From the NCBI GenBank assembly GCA_947649935.1, contig CANSTR010000006.1:4494-68493 (forward strand): 64,000 bases of DNA, given 5' to 3'. The position numbers and the translations under genes are program-made. This DNA is from an uncultured Clostridia bacterium (lineage in GTDB: Bacteria; Bacillota; Clostridia; TANB77; CAG-508). The notes under the pieces are model-generated. The model saw only the letters and a program-made list of their open reading frames with translations. It searched no databases and had not been told where the DNA came from. Shown one piece after another: positions 1 to 8,944 of the stretch (within the stretch, counting starts at the first letter, position 1; every line of letters starts with the position of its first letter).

Positions 1-3
1 GCG

Positions 4-34
4 AAAAATCCAGCGATAAATCGCTGGACTTTTT
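4..34. terminator. Rho-independent terminator hairpin (bidirectional geometry)
   Basis: 8-bp stem TCCAGCGA/TCGCTGGA (9-16 / 21-28), TAAA loop, A-run before and T-run after. Confidence 0.6.
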
Positions 35-244
35 GCATTTATCTTCTCTTCATTTCCTTCAATATCTCTTTTTGCTCTTTAGTTTCATTCAAAGTTTGTT
101 TCACCTCTTTCCCATTAGAAAAAGCCATTGTAGTTTCAAAATGGAATTACTTCCAATTGTTATATTACATAATAATTTTATTCCATAAAAAAGAAACCCC
201 TGCAAAAAACGCAGGAGCCTCCTTTCGCACCACGAGAACATGCC

Positions 245-574
245 TCATTCATCAATAACGATAACCTCTTTTTTGGTTATCTTGATGAAGTTGGGTTCTG
301 CAATTACCTCGCAGTCCCCAAAAGTTAACAGACTTTTTTCCGCTAACTGGACTTCCCACAGTGCAGTCCAGATTGCTTTCACAACCCGGTTGTCCACAAC
401 AATCCCATCTCCGGAAATTGTCACGGACTTGTCCTCAAGGCTCGCAACTGCCTTAAGAACAATTGTTTCAACAGGTGTTTCGATGCTGATTGTCTTGCCA
501 TCAAACTTCACCTGCTCTTTTGTAAGTTTTCTTAAGCGACGTAATCGCCGCCATTTCTTAAGAGAATCAAACAT
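245..574 (-). CDS. Small hypothetical protein (109 aa, basic N-terminus) downstream of spoIVB
   Basis: ORF 245..607 trimmed to the ATG at 574, which has GGAGG (583-587) 8 nt upstream; no family recognised. Confidence 0.6.
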   Translation of the reverse strand: MFDSLKKWRRLRRLRKLTKEQVKFDGKTISIETPVETIVLKAVASLEDKSVTISGDGIVVDNRVVKAIWTALWEVQLAEKSLLTFGDCEVIAEPNFIKITKKEVIVIDE

Positions 575-623
575 GTTGATCCCCTCCTTTCTTTTAATGC
601 AAAACATCGGTTTCTAAATTTTA

Positions 624-652
624 ATAATATCATATTTTACATAATTTGTCAA
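624..652 (-). promoter_or_regulatory. Sigma-A type promoter TTGACA-17-TATTAT
   Basis: Minus strand reads TTGACAAATTATGTAAAATATGATATTAT; about 45 nt upstream of the 574 start codon. Confidence 0.6.
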
Positions 653-702
653 GTGTTTTTGTAAACTTTTTATGGTCATTTTGTTTTTTACACTTTTTTA
701 GC

Positions 703-1890
703 CTATTTTCTCATCTCTTTTATCATCATATCCCCAAAAATAGCATACCCAATTTCTGGATTGGAAACTAGCACATTCGTAACAGCGCCAACAAATTTCC
801 CGTTTTGCACAATGGGGCTTCCTGACAAACCTCGAATAATCCCGCCAGTATTCTGAATCAACGCGTCATCCACCACGCGAATTAACATACTTTTATTATC
901 GTAATTATTATTCGTAAAAATCTTCTCTATTTTAATCTTATATTCCTGCGTCGTCTTTCCATCCAGACTGCACAACAGCGTCGCGTCGCCAACTTTAATC
1001 TCACTTCTTAAAGCAACTGGCATCGATTTATTCGTATCAATATTCAACGTTGTTAAATTGTCCAACTTTCCATAAATCCCAAATTGCGTATTTTTCTCCA
1101 CTTCGCCAATCGTTTTTTGATTCATAATTGTTCCGCGAATTTCGCCTGGGCTGTTGATATCCGCCTTCGTAATAGACATCACTTGAGATGTCACAATTTC
1201 GCCTGACTCAATATCAATCAACTGCTCCGTGTCGCTATCCATAATTCCGTGCCCCAGCGCCGCAAAACTGCCTGTGTTTTTCTCGTAATACGTCATGGTT
1301 CCGACGCCAGTGGCAGCATCTTTCACCCACAAACCAAGCTTGTATTCGTCATCTTCCGTCTGTACAGGCGTGATATTGGAAGTTACGATACTGCCATTGC
1401 GAATCAGGGTCAGTAGCACATTTTCTCCATTGCAATCATTCACGACTTCTTGCAGATTGCCAATATTGTCAATTTCTTTGTCGTTCACTTTAATAATCGT
1501 ATCACCTTCTTGGATATCGCAATTGACAAACGGGCTCACATATTGCTTGTCCGCATTTTCAATCTGCGACATTCCCACAATTAATACGCCATTTGTGTAT
1601 AATTTCATGCCAATAATTTTGCCAATTGGCACAACCTCCACATTTTCCAGCGTATCAATCGTTACATTTTTGACTTTGTTGCCAAACAAAGTCACCTCCA
1701 TGTTGACCGTATTTTCGTTGTCATTCGAAGTCGTTATGGTTTCGATGGTATCCACTCCTATCAGCTTTTTTATTTTATACGGTTCGTTTTCTAATAAAAT
1801 AATGTGCTCCGGAATTAACGTAATATTTGCTACATAACAATACACAACGATTAAAATAAAAAAAGTTATCGTAATTTTAAAATTTTTCAT
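703..1890 (-). CDS. spoIVB: SpoIVB stage IV sporulation serine peptidase (S55, PDZ + protease)
   Basis: N-terminal TM segment, PDZ-like GDTIIKVNDKEI, S55 signatures GTMTYYEKNTGSFAALGHGI and GLSGSPIVQNGKFVGAVTNV. Confidence 0.9.
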   Translation of the reverse strand: MKNFKITITFFILIVVYCYVANITLIPEHIILLENEPYKIKKLIGVDTIETITTSNDNENTVNMEVTLFGNKVKNVTIDTLENVEVVPIGKIIGMKLYTNGVLIVGMSQIENADKQYVSPFVNCDIQEGDTIIKVNDKEIDNIGNLQEVVNDCNGENVLLTLIRNGSIVTSNITPVQTEDDEYKLGLWVKDAATGVGTMTYYEKNTGSFAALGHGIMDSDTEQLIDIESGEIVTSQVMSITKADINSPGEIRGTIMNQKTIGEVEKNTQFGIYGKLDNLTTLNIDTNKSMPVALRSEIKVGDATLLCSLDGKTTQEYKIKIEKIFTNNNYDNKSMLIRVVDDALIQNTGGIIRGLSGSPIVQNGKFVGAVTNVLVSNPEIGYAIFGDMMIKEMRK

Positions 1891-1998
1891 AAAATTAGGA
1901 TAACCAATTTTCTTTATTTTATAATAAGAATGCTAATTATTAATTTGGGAGTGACTTGTGGGGACCGTTCAAAAATTATCAAAATCTTTGATTTTAAG

Positions 1999-2028
1999 TA
2001 GTTAATATTTTTTCAAAAATATTAACTA
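1999..2028. other. 14-bp-arm perfect AT-rich inverted repeat between polA stop and spoIVB start (terminator or operator; function unclear)
   Basis: TAGTTAATATTTTT-TC-AAAAATATTAACTA read directly; no clean U-run on the minus strand. Confidence 0.3.
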
Positions 2029-2127
2029 AGTTATCTGTATAGCTCATACTTCGCTAACAGCTAACTTATTTAGAATGGGGAGAACGGAAAAATTCATAAT
2101 TAGCATTCTTGCACTCAAATTTAAATT

Positions 2128-4824
2128 TTACTTCGTATCAAACCAACTCTTTCCAACCTGCAAATCCACATCCAAATGTACTGAAAGTTTGGCAGCATTT
2201 TCCATTTCGTTTTTTAAAATTTCGCTCACTTCCTCTTTTTCTTCCTCTAGCGCCTCAATAATCAACTCATCATGAATTTGCAAAACAATCTTCGATTGTA
2301 AATTTCGCTTTTTCAATTGTCGATAAACATTCACCATCGCAATCTTCATAATGTCAGCCGCCGTTCCCTGAATTGGCGCATTCATCGCAGCACGGTCACC
2401 AAACTTTCTGACCATATAATTATTGGAACTAATTTCCGGAATGTATCTTCTGCGACGAAACATCGTTTCCACAAACCCTTGCGCCTTCGCAATCTCAATT
2501 TGCTCCTCCATATATTCCCTAATTTTATGATACTTTTCCAAATACGAATCAATATATTGTTTCGCCTCTTTTCGCTTAATTCCCAATTGCTCCGCTAACC
2601 CAAAATCGCTAATTCCATACACAATTCCAAAATTGACCGCTTTCGCATGACTTCTCATTTCCTTCGTCACATTCTCCAACGCCACACCAAACACCTGTGA
2701 CGCACAAATCGCATGAATATCCTGATTCTCATTAAATGCCTTAATCATAATTTCGTCCTGCGACATATCCGCCAAAACACGCAACTCGATTTGCGAATAA
2801 TCCGCATCAATAAAAACTTTGCCATTTTCTGCTTTGAACAATTTTCGAATTTGTTTGCCCAATTTCGTTCGGGTTGGAATGTTTTGCAAATTCGGGTCTG
2901 AACTGCTCAGCCTTCCCGTCGCAGCAACCGTTTGATGAAACGTTGTGTGAATGCGATTTGTGTTCGGATTGATAAATGGCAACATGCCTTCCACAAACGT
3001 AGAATTCAACTTCGCCATTTGACGATACGCCAAAATTTTCTCAATAATGGGATGCTCCTCTTGCAATTTTTCAAGGGTATCTACATCTGTCGAATAGCCA
3101 TTTTTCGTTTTCTTTTTGTATGGCAATTCCAATTTCTCAAATAAAATTTCGCCCAGTTGTTTTGGAGAATTGATATTAAATTCCTGCCCAGCCAACTGAT
3201 AAATTTCCTGACTCAAATTTTCAATTTGCCCTTTCATATAGGCAGACATTTCTTCAATTTCTTTTTTATCCGCATACACACCAGCATAGCGCATTTCTGC
3301 CAAAACTTCCGCTGTCGGCATTTCGATTTTTTCGAATAACTCCAGTTGATTCACTTTTGCCAAAGCGTCTTCCAAAATCGGTTTCACCTCGCCAATCACG
3401 TAACTGTAACTCGCAAATTGATAATTATTTTCTGGCGCTTGTTGTTCACAATCAAAAAAGCTCGTCTGCACATTTTCGTCTGTTTTCCCACCTTGATAAT
3501 ATTCCTCAATATCCAAATTCAAATACTGCTTTGCCACCTCTTCCAAAGAATAACTGTTGGTTCCCGAATTTAGCAAATACATCGCAATTCGGCAATCAAA
3601 CATCATATTTTGAGGCTGAATTCCCGCTTGTTTTAGCAAAATAAAATCGTCTTTGATTTGGTAACCACATTTTAAAATCTCGGCATCTTCAAAAACTTCC
3701 TTAAATTTTTCGGGCGAAAAATCCAAACCATACACTTTTTTCTTTGACTTGTCATAAACATTCACTTTTTTAATCGCCTTTGGAATTACCAAATTTTCAT
3801 TGGACTGCGCTGTTTCGAAAAAGTAAAACATTTCTTTTTGCTGTTTGATTTGCGCCATTATTTTTTCCACATTTTCTACTTTTTCATAAGCAAACAAATC
3901 CTCAATCTTTTTCTCTTTTGCCTCTTGGGGTTGCGCATTTTCCAAATCAAAACGGTCGATAAATCGCTTAAAACGTAGCTCCTTAAAAAGCGCCAAAACT
4001 GTTTCATTATCCCAAGGCTCAACCTCAAAAGCTTCCAACGATTTTTCAATTGGCGCATCCAAATCAATCGTTCCAAGCGTCCTCGAAAGATACGCCAATT
4101 CTTTATTTTCCACCAATTTTTCTCTTTGCTTACCCTTGATGGCTGGGTCGCCATTTTCAATGGCTTCGTAAAGTTTGTCAATATTTTCGTATTTTTGAAT
4201 CAGACTTAGCGCCGTTTTTTCGCCAATTCCTGGCACGCCTGGAATGTTGTCAGAAGTATCGCCCATCAAACCTTTCACTTCAATCATTTGTTTTGGCGTA
4301 ACGCCATATTTTTCCATGACTTTTTTATCGTCAAAATCTTCCACTTCCGTTTTGCCCTTGCTGGTTCGTGGCAGGCGAATGGTAACATTGTCAGTTGCCA
4401 ATTGAAACGAATCCCTATCTCCAGTTAGGAGAATAACACGCAACTGATTTTGCGTGCCCCAAACGCTCAAAGTTCCCAAAATATCATCTGCCTCGTAACC
4501 TGGCTTTTCTAAAATCGCAATATTCATTGCCTGCAAAACCGATTTTATCAATGGCAACTGCACCGCCAATTCATCTGGCATGCCTTTGCGCGTTCCTTTG
4601 TAATCACTGTACATCTCGTGCCTTTTGGTTGGTGCTTTCACATCAAACGCAACTACCAAATAATCTGGATTTTCTTCTTCCAGCTGTTTAAATAAAATCG
4701 CCAAAAATCCGTATACGGCATTGGTATACGTTCCATCCGCCGTCTGCAACATTTTACTTCCCATAATGCCATAAAATGCTCGATTTAAAATACTATTTCC
4801 GTCAATTACTAATAATTTTTTCAA
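2128..4824 (-). CDS. polA: DNA polymerase I (5'-3' exonuclease + 3'-5' exonuclease-like + polymerase domains)
   Basis: 898 aa; conserved LVIDGNS, GDTSDNIPGVPGIGEKTA, DYSQIELRVLA, QIHDELI motifs; TTG start with GGAGG 6 nt upstream. Confidence 0.97.
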   Translation of the reverse strand: MKKLLVIDGNSILNRAFYGIMGSKMLQTADGTYTNAVYGFLAILFKQLEEENPDYLVVAFDVKAPTKRHEMYSDYKGTRKGMPDELAVQLPLIKSVLQAMNIAILEKPGYEADDILGTLSVWGTQNQLRVILLTGDRDSFQLATDNVTIRLPRTSKGKTEVEDFDDKKVMEKYGVTPKQMIEVKGLMGDTSDNIPGVPGIGEKTALSLIQKYENIDKLYEAIENGDPAIKGKQREKLVENKELAYLSRTLGTIDLDAPIEKSLEAFEVEPWDNETVLALFKELRFKRFIDRFDLENAQPQEAKEKKIEDLFAYEKVENVEKIMAQIKQQKEMFYFFETAQSNENLVIPKAIKKVNVYDKSKKKVYGLDFSPEKFKEVFEDAEILKCGYQIKDDFILLKQAGIQPQNMMFDCRIAMYLLNSGTNSYSLEEVAKQYLNLDIEEYYQGGKTDENVQTSFFDCEQQAPENNYQFASYSYVIGEVKPILEDALAKVNQLELFEKIEMPTAEVLAEMRYAGVYADKKEIEEMSAYMKGQIENLSQEIYQLAGQEFNINSPKQLGEILFEKLELPYKKKTKNGYSTDVDTLEKLQEEHPIIEKILAYRQMAKLNSTFVEGMLPFINPNTNRIHTTFHQTVAATGRLSSSDPNLQNIPTRTKLGKQIRKLFKAENGKVFIDADYSQIELRVLADMSQDEIMIKAFNENQDIHAICASQVFGVALENVTKEMRSHAKAVNFGIVYGISDFGLAEQLGIKRKEAKQYIDSYLEKYHKIREYMEEQIEIAKAQGFVETMFRRRRYIPEISSNNYMVRKFGDRAAMNAPIQGTAADIMKIAMVNVYRQLKKRNLQSKIVLQIHDELIIEALEEEKEEVSEILKNEMENAAKLSVHLDVDLQVGKSWFDTK

Positions 4825-4849
4825 AATTTGCCTCCTACACTTGTTTACT

Positions 4850-4940
4850 TTTTAAATATGACATCAAAATGTCATATTTAACTTCTCCTTGTTTTCTGTA
4901 TTTTGAACTATTAAGGATTCCTTAATAGTTCGTTTTTCGC
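4850..4940. repeat. Composite intergenic repeat, copy A (palindrome 1 at 4854-4879 + palindrome 2 at 4905-4931)
   Basis: About 90 nt nearly identical to 6810-6900. P1 = AAATATGACAT-CAAA-ATGTCATATTT; P2 = GAACTATTAAGGATTCCTTAATAGTTC. Lies just upstream of the polA RBS. Confidence 0.85.
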
Positions 4941-4966
4941 ACCATTTCATAAATTTTCTGATTCTT

Positions 4967-6181
4967 CTATCTTTCTTTCAAATTTTCAAAAACTTCAATT
5001 TTATCTACTTCTTGAAACTTCTTCAAATCCTCAAAAATATAAGATTTCTTTTTTTCTGGCATACTTTTATCTTGCACTTCAATCGCCAATTTTCTTGGCA
5101 AATCTCTTGTATTTTCATACACAAATGTATCAGCATTTATCCCTTCCACAAAATTTTTATCTTCACATTTTGATAACATCCATTTAACCATTCTTTCAAA
5201 ATCGTATGCAGTTGGTCTACCGACTGTTTTCAATGTTTCCACCTTTTGCAAAAAATTCTCTGCCTTTTCAAAATTATCTTTTCCTTGTAGCGTATTCACA
5301 AATTGTATCAAATCTTTATCTGTGTAATCTCCACCAAATTCCTCTAAATATCCTGTGGTCCTATCCAATTCTTCAACTGTATGTTGATCCATACTTTCGA
5401 ATTGATAACCTTCAACTTCTGTATCTTCTAAGTGATGACCATTCGCTTGAAATTGTTCTTCCGAAATCGCAAAATTTTGCATTTTCAAACCAAATTTGGC
5501 AGCCACAGAATCAAACGTAGAATCTGTTAAATAATCCTTCTGTTCTTCCGTGGTTATTGCAACATAAGCATGATCTTCTTCAGACAGAATATTGCTTTCC
5601 AAGCCAGCTTTGTAACACATATAATCATAGCCAGCCGCAAATGATGAACATAAACCCCAATTTTTAGCAACTGCCGTAAAAATATTTCTAGCATATTTAT
5701 CATGAAAAATACCATACTCATCGTATCTCAAAACATTCAAATCATAAGATAACATCTGCCCAATTTTATTGTACAAGTATTTATATTTTTGTTCTTCTGA
5801 CCATTCTTTTTTCATTCCTGCTAAAATTTCATCAAAAATCTTTTCCCCTTCAAAAAATTCTTTACTACTAATTGGAACCATTGACTTTGTTCCTGGCTTT
5901 TCCGTTTTAAATCTAACTTTAAACTCAGGAGCCAATTCCTCCAAAATTTTCATTGCAATCGGACTTGGGATATAACCACTTGTTACAATAGGAGAAATAT
6001 ACCTTTTTAAATTGGTAAAAATATCGCGCAATTCTTCTTCTGAAAGAGTATCTATATTTTCTAAAACGGAATTTTTAACAATTAATTTCCCATTTTTCTT
6101 AATATTAATACGCCCTTGAAATGCTGTTAATTCCGGCAGTTCATTTATTGAATCTAAATCAATTAAAACTTCATTATTCAT
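4967..6181 (-). CDS. Cytoplasmic transglutaminase-like (papain-fold Cys-His-Asp) domain protein
   Basis: 404 aa, no signal peptide; core WGLCSSFAAGYDYMCYKAGL ... EEDHAYVAI ... DSTFD resembles the transglutaminase-core C/H/D arrangement. Confidence 0.55.
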   Translation of the reverse strand: MNNEVLIDLDSINELPELTAFQGRINIKKNGKLIVKNSVLENIDTLSEEELRDIFTNLKRYISPIVTSGYIPSPIAMKILEELAPEFKVRFKTEKPGTKSMVPISSKEFFEGEKIFDEILAGMKKEWSEEQKYKYLYNKIGQMLSYDLNVLRYDEYGIFHDKYARNIFTAVAKNWGLCSSFAAGYDYMCYKAGLESNILSEEDHAYVAITTEEQKDYLTDSTFDSVAAKFGLKMQNFAISEEQFQANGHHLEDTEVEGYQFESMDQHTVEELDRTTGYLEEFGGDYTDKDLIQFVNTLQGKDNFEKAENFLQKVETLKTVGRPTAYDFERMVKWMLSKCEDKNFVEGINADTFVYENTRDLPRKLAIEVQDKSMPEKKKSYIFEDLKKFQEVDKIEVFENLKER

Positions 6182-6198
6182 CCTTTTCTTCTTTCTTT

Positions 6199-6224
6199 AA
6201 ATATGACATTAAAATGTCATATTT
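6199..6224. repeat. Palindrome-1-only copy (copy C) in the 48-nt gap between the HD gene and the transglutaminase-like gene
   Basis: AAATATGACAT-TAAA-ATGTCATATTT, 11-bp arms identical to copy A; the central tetranucleotide differs by one base. Confidence 0.85.
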
Positions 6225-6229
6225 AGTCA

Positions 6230-6787
6230 TTAATCTAATTTAAGCCAATTTTCATATGACTTCCAAAATTCATCTATTATTACAAAGTCTTTCTCTAACA
6301 TTTCCTTGGCTGCATTTGTCATTAACTTTTCGCGAAATCGCTTTTGTACTTCCATTGTATCCTTTATTGCATTTTCCCAATTTTTATCCCTAGCTTTTAC
6401 ATTACAAATTATTTCTCTTATCATTCCATATGCACTAAGTACCTCAATGGCATCCGCATCATATACAATTTTCGCTTCTAACAATGATTCTTCCGTTATC
6501 TTAGATGGTCTACATTTTGCAATTTCATACAATTTATTTTTAATATCTTGTTCTAAATTTAAAGAATCAATAAATTCTTTGACTTCTTCCAAATTGTCAT
6601 GAAATTGATGCAACCACGCACCTGCTTCCACTAAAAATTCATCTGCATTTTCTTCTTTATCCATAATCCTTCTAGCATTTCTCACAACTCTTTTTCCATG
6701 TTCAAAGTTATGTGCAAAATCCAATTGTTCATAAAACTTTTTAGCAAATTTTATGATTTCATCCATTATTTTATCATTACATTTCAT
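6230..6787 (-). CDS. HD-domain metal-dependent phosphohydrolase
   Basis: 185 aa; HNFEHGKRV and WLHQFHD (HD dyad), later YDADAIE. Confidence 0.75.
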   Translation of the reverse strand: MKCNDKIMDEIIKFAKKFYEQLDFAHNFEHGKRVVRNARRIMDKEENADEFLVEAGAWLHQFHDNLEEVKEFIDSLNLEQDIKNKLYEIAKCRPSKITEESLLEAKIVYDADAIEVLSAYGMIREIICNVKARDKNWENAIKDTMEVQKRFREKLMTNAAKEMLEKDFVIIDEFWKSYENWLKLD

Positions 6788-6809
6788 ATATAAAATCTCC
6801 CCTTCAATT

Positions 6810-6900
6810 TCTTAATATGACATCAAAATGTCATATTTTACCTTCTCCTTGTTTTCTGCATTTTGAACTATTAAGGATTCCTTAATAGTTCGTTTTTTGC
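6810..6900. repeat. Composite intergenic repeat, copy B (palindrome 1 at 6814-6837 + palindrome 2 at 6865-6891)
   Basis: Nearly identical to 4850-4940 (a handful of mismatches by eye); lies just upstream of the HD-gene RBS. Confidence 0.85.
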
Positions 6901-6904
6901 ATTT

Positions 6905-7239
6905 TTACAATACTTTTCCTTCCTCGTAACAGGCATAAATGTAACCTGGATTTTCATAATACATACTACTATTATAATTATCTATTTTTTCCACAATTCA
7001 AGAAGTTAAAACTTTTATTAACATTTCTGCATATTTTTCTTCTGCATCATTTACCATCAAAATTAATCTTTGGTAAACTTTTTCAATGTCCCAGTAACTT
7101 GGAACACTGTATTTACAACTAGCAACTGGGTCATACATCCCCATTGGTATCTGTGCTTCTTCAATAAATTCACTTACCACATATTCAAGCAGACTACATG
7201 TATAAACAAATCATTTTCCTTCTGTGGCTCTCCTAGCAT
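6905..7239 (-). pseudogene. Degraded small gene (about 110 codons): frameshift after about 10-20 codons plus an in-frame TGA
   Basis: ATG at 7239 with GGAGG upstream opens a 21-codon frame. The 60-aa ORF 6998..7180 continues in another frame. After its TGA (6998-7000) the same frame stays open for 30 more coding-like codons (IVEKIDNYNSSMYYENPGYIYACYEEGKVL) to a TAA at 6905. Confidence 0.45.
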
Positions 7240-7404
7240 TTTACTTTTCCTCCACTTTTAAAAATTTTATACATTGCATTGCCTCTTAGGTACAAAAAGC
7301 AATCTGTTTTAACACTTTCTCCTCTCATTCTTTTTTCACTATATCACACTTTTGCATTTTTAGCCACATAAATTTGTATTTTATGAAAATTATTTTGCAA
7401 AAAT

Positions 7405-7433
7405 TTGACTTTTTATAAATCATTTATTAAAAT
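7405..7433 (+). promoter_or_regulatory. Candidate sigma-A promoter TTGACT-17-TAAAAT for the GH30 gene
   Basis: TTGACT at 7405-7410, 17-nt spacer, TAAAAT at 7428-7433; about 75 nt upstream of the start codon. Confidence 0.4.
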
Positions 7434-7508
7434 GTTTTTGATAATAATTCAACTTAAAAATAACATATTTAAAACAACCCAGAATACAATATTTCAAGGA
7501 GGTATCGC

Positions 7509-8840
7509 ATGTTTCGAAAAATTGAAACCAATCTAAAAAGAAAATTATTTTTGCATGAAACGAAAAATTTGTCTTTCTCTTCCATTCGTGACTCGTTGGA
7601 AAATCAAGTGATTTACGTCGAACCTGATTTTCATTTTCAAACTTTGTTAGGCTTTGGTGGAGCTTTTACGCAAAGTACCGGAGCCACATTAAGCTTGGTT
7701 AGCGAGGAAATTCGTCATCAAATTTTGCAAAATTATTTTTCAAGCGACGGCTTGAATTATTCGCTTGCTCGCTTGCCGATTGGAAGTTGCGATTTTTCAC
7801 CTGAAAGCTATTCGTATTCGTACCAAAATGATTTGGCGGATTTTACAATTGAAAAAGATGAAAAATACATTCTCCCTTTTGTGAAATCTGCTCTGCAAAT
7901 TCGAAATGAGAAAATCACTTTTCTTGCTTCCCCTTGGTCGCCTCCTGCTTTTATGAAGGATCATAAAGATTTGTATCATGGTGGAAAATTATTAGATTTC
8001 TACAAAAAAACTTGGGCTCAATATTTGGTTAAATTTGTGAAATCCTATGCAGAAGAAGGCATTTCCATTGATTTTATGACCATTCAAAACGAGCCAAATG
8101 CGTCGCAACCTTGGGAATCTTGTCGCTATAACGCTTCCGAAGAAGCAGATTTACTGAAAAATTATCTGTTTCCTAGTTTTCAAAAAAATCGTTTGAAAAC
8201 GAAATTTTTAATTTGGGACCACAATAAAGATGCGATTTTGCAACGCGCAACCGACTGTTTGGTCAGAAATGGTGCGCTTGATTTTGCTGCTGGCATCGCG
8301 TTTCATTGGTACACAGGAAGTCATTTTGAAAATCTGAATTTAACGCGTCAATTATTTCCGAATAAGTTGTTAATTCACACAGAAGGTTGCACGGGCTATT
8401 CGAAATTTAAGCCTCGCGATGAATTGGCAAATGCGGAAATGTACGCGAGCGAAATCATTGGCGATTTGAACCATGGTGCAAATGGATTTGTGGATTGGAA
8501 TTTGGTGTTGGATTATCAGGGCGGGCCAAATCATAAGCATAATTATTGCAACAGCCCTATTATGTTAAATAAAAAGCATTCTGATTTTATCAAAACGCCT
8601 TCTTTTTACTATATTGCGCATTTTAGCAAATACATTCAACCAAATGCCAAGCGAATTCATATTAGCACTTTTTCGGAAAATATTTTGGCAACTGCTTTTG
8701 AAAATCCCGACAAAAGTGTAGTTGTTGTGTTGTGTAATCCTCATGATTTTAATATCGAATATAATTTGTGTTTGGGAAACCAATTTTTTCATGATAATTT
8801 AGATAGTCACGCGATTGTGACATTGGTTGGTGCGCCATAG
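7509..8840 (+). CDS. Glycoside hydrolase family 30 (glucosylceramidase-like O-glycosyl hydrolase)
   Basis: 443 aa; GFGGAFT near the N-terminus, TIQNEPN (acid/base Glu context), LIHTEGC (nucleophile context); AGGAGG RBS. Confidence 0.85.
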   Translation: MFRKIETNLKRKLFLHETKNLSFSSIRDSLENQVIYVEPDFHFQTLLGFGGAFTQSTGATLSLVSEEIRHQILQNYFSSDGLNYSLARLPIGSCDFSPESYSYSYQNDLADFTIEKDEKYILPFVKSALQIRNEKITFLASPWSPPAFMKDHKDLYHGGKLLDFYKKTWAQYLVKFVKSYAEEGISIDFMTIQNEPNASQPWESCRYNASEEADLLKNYLFPSFQKNRLKTKFLIWDHNKDAILQRATDCLVRNGALDFAAGIAFHWYTGSHFENLNLTRQLFPNKLLIHTEGCTGYSKFKPRDELANAEMYASEIIGDLNHGANGFVDWNLVLDYQGGPNHKHNYCNSPIMLNKKHSDFIKTPSFYYIAHFSKYIQPNAKRIHISTFSENILATAFENPDKSVVVVLCNPHDFNIEYNLCLGNQFFHDNLDSHAIVTLVGAP

Positions 8841-8903
8841 AGGGGTCGAACCTCCGACCATCAGATTAAGAGTCTGCTGCTCTACCAACTGAGCTAATGG
8901 CGC
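8828..8903 (-). tRNA. tRNA-Lys (anticodon CUU), CCA encoded
   Basis: Reverse complement folds by hand as a cloverleaf. Acceptor GCGCCAT/ATGGCGC, D arm GCTC-AGTTGGTA-GAGC, anticodon loop CT-CTT-AA, T arm GGAGG-TTCGACC-CCTCT, then ACCA; 76 nt. Confidence 0.9.
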
Positions 8904-8944
8904 ATTACTAACGTTATTTATTATAACCTAAATCACCTGGCTTG

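Noticed and set aside
199-215. Hairpin CCTGC-N7-GCAGG as a terminator for the 245-574 gene
   Set aside because: The stem is only 5 bp. The U-rich tract is present, but the structure is too weak to call with confidence.
1295-1837. Long antisense 'shadow' ORFs inside larger genes (also 3876-4181, 31328-31843, 48415-48918, 49831-50313, 59686-60138, 63018-63494, 19295-19585 and similar)
   Set aside because: All lie opposite to, or out of frame within, genes with clear family signatures. They lack RBSs and translate to low-complexity or implausible sequence.
4854-4879. Three-codon mini-ORF (ATG ACA TTT stop) inside palindrome 1, preceded by AAGGAG in copies A and B, as a leader peptide
   Set aside because: The ATG and stop follow directly from the palindrome sequence itself. 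Copy C lacks the RBS, and three codons is too short to argue for on sequence alone.
4905-4931. Palindrome 2 of the composite repeat as the rho-independent terminator of the upstream minus-strand genes
   Set aside because: The T-run follows the hairpin only on the plus strand; on the minus strand it is followed by AAAAT. It does not fit a canonical terminator for these minus-strand genes.
4900-8903. Genomic island integrated at the 3' end of tRNA-Lys
   Set aside because: No integrase, recombinase or excisionase gene was found, and I could find no direct repeat of the tRNA 3' segment. Only the GH30/tRNA overlap is reported, as a low-interest finding.
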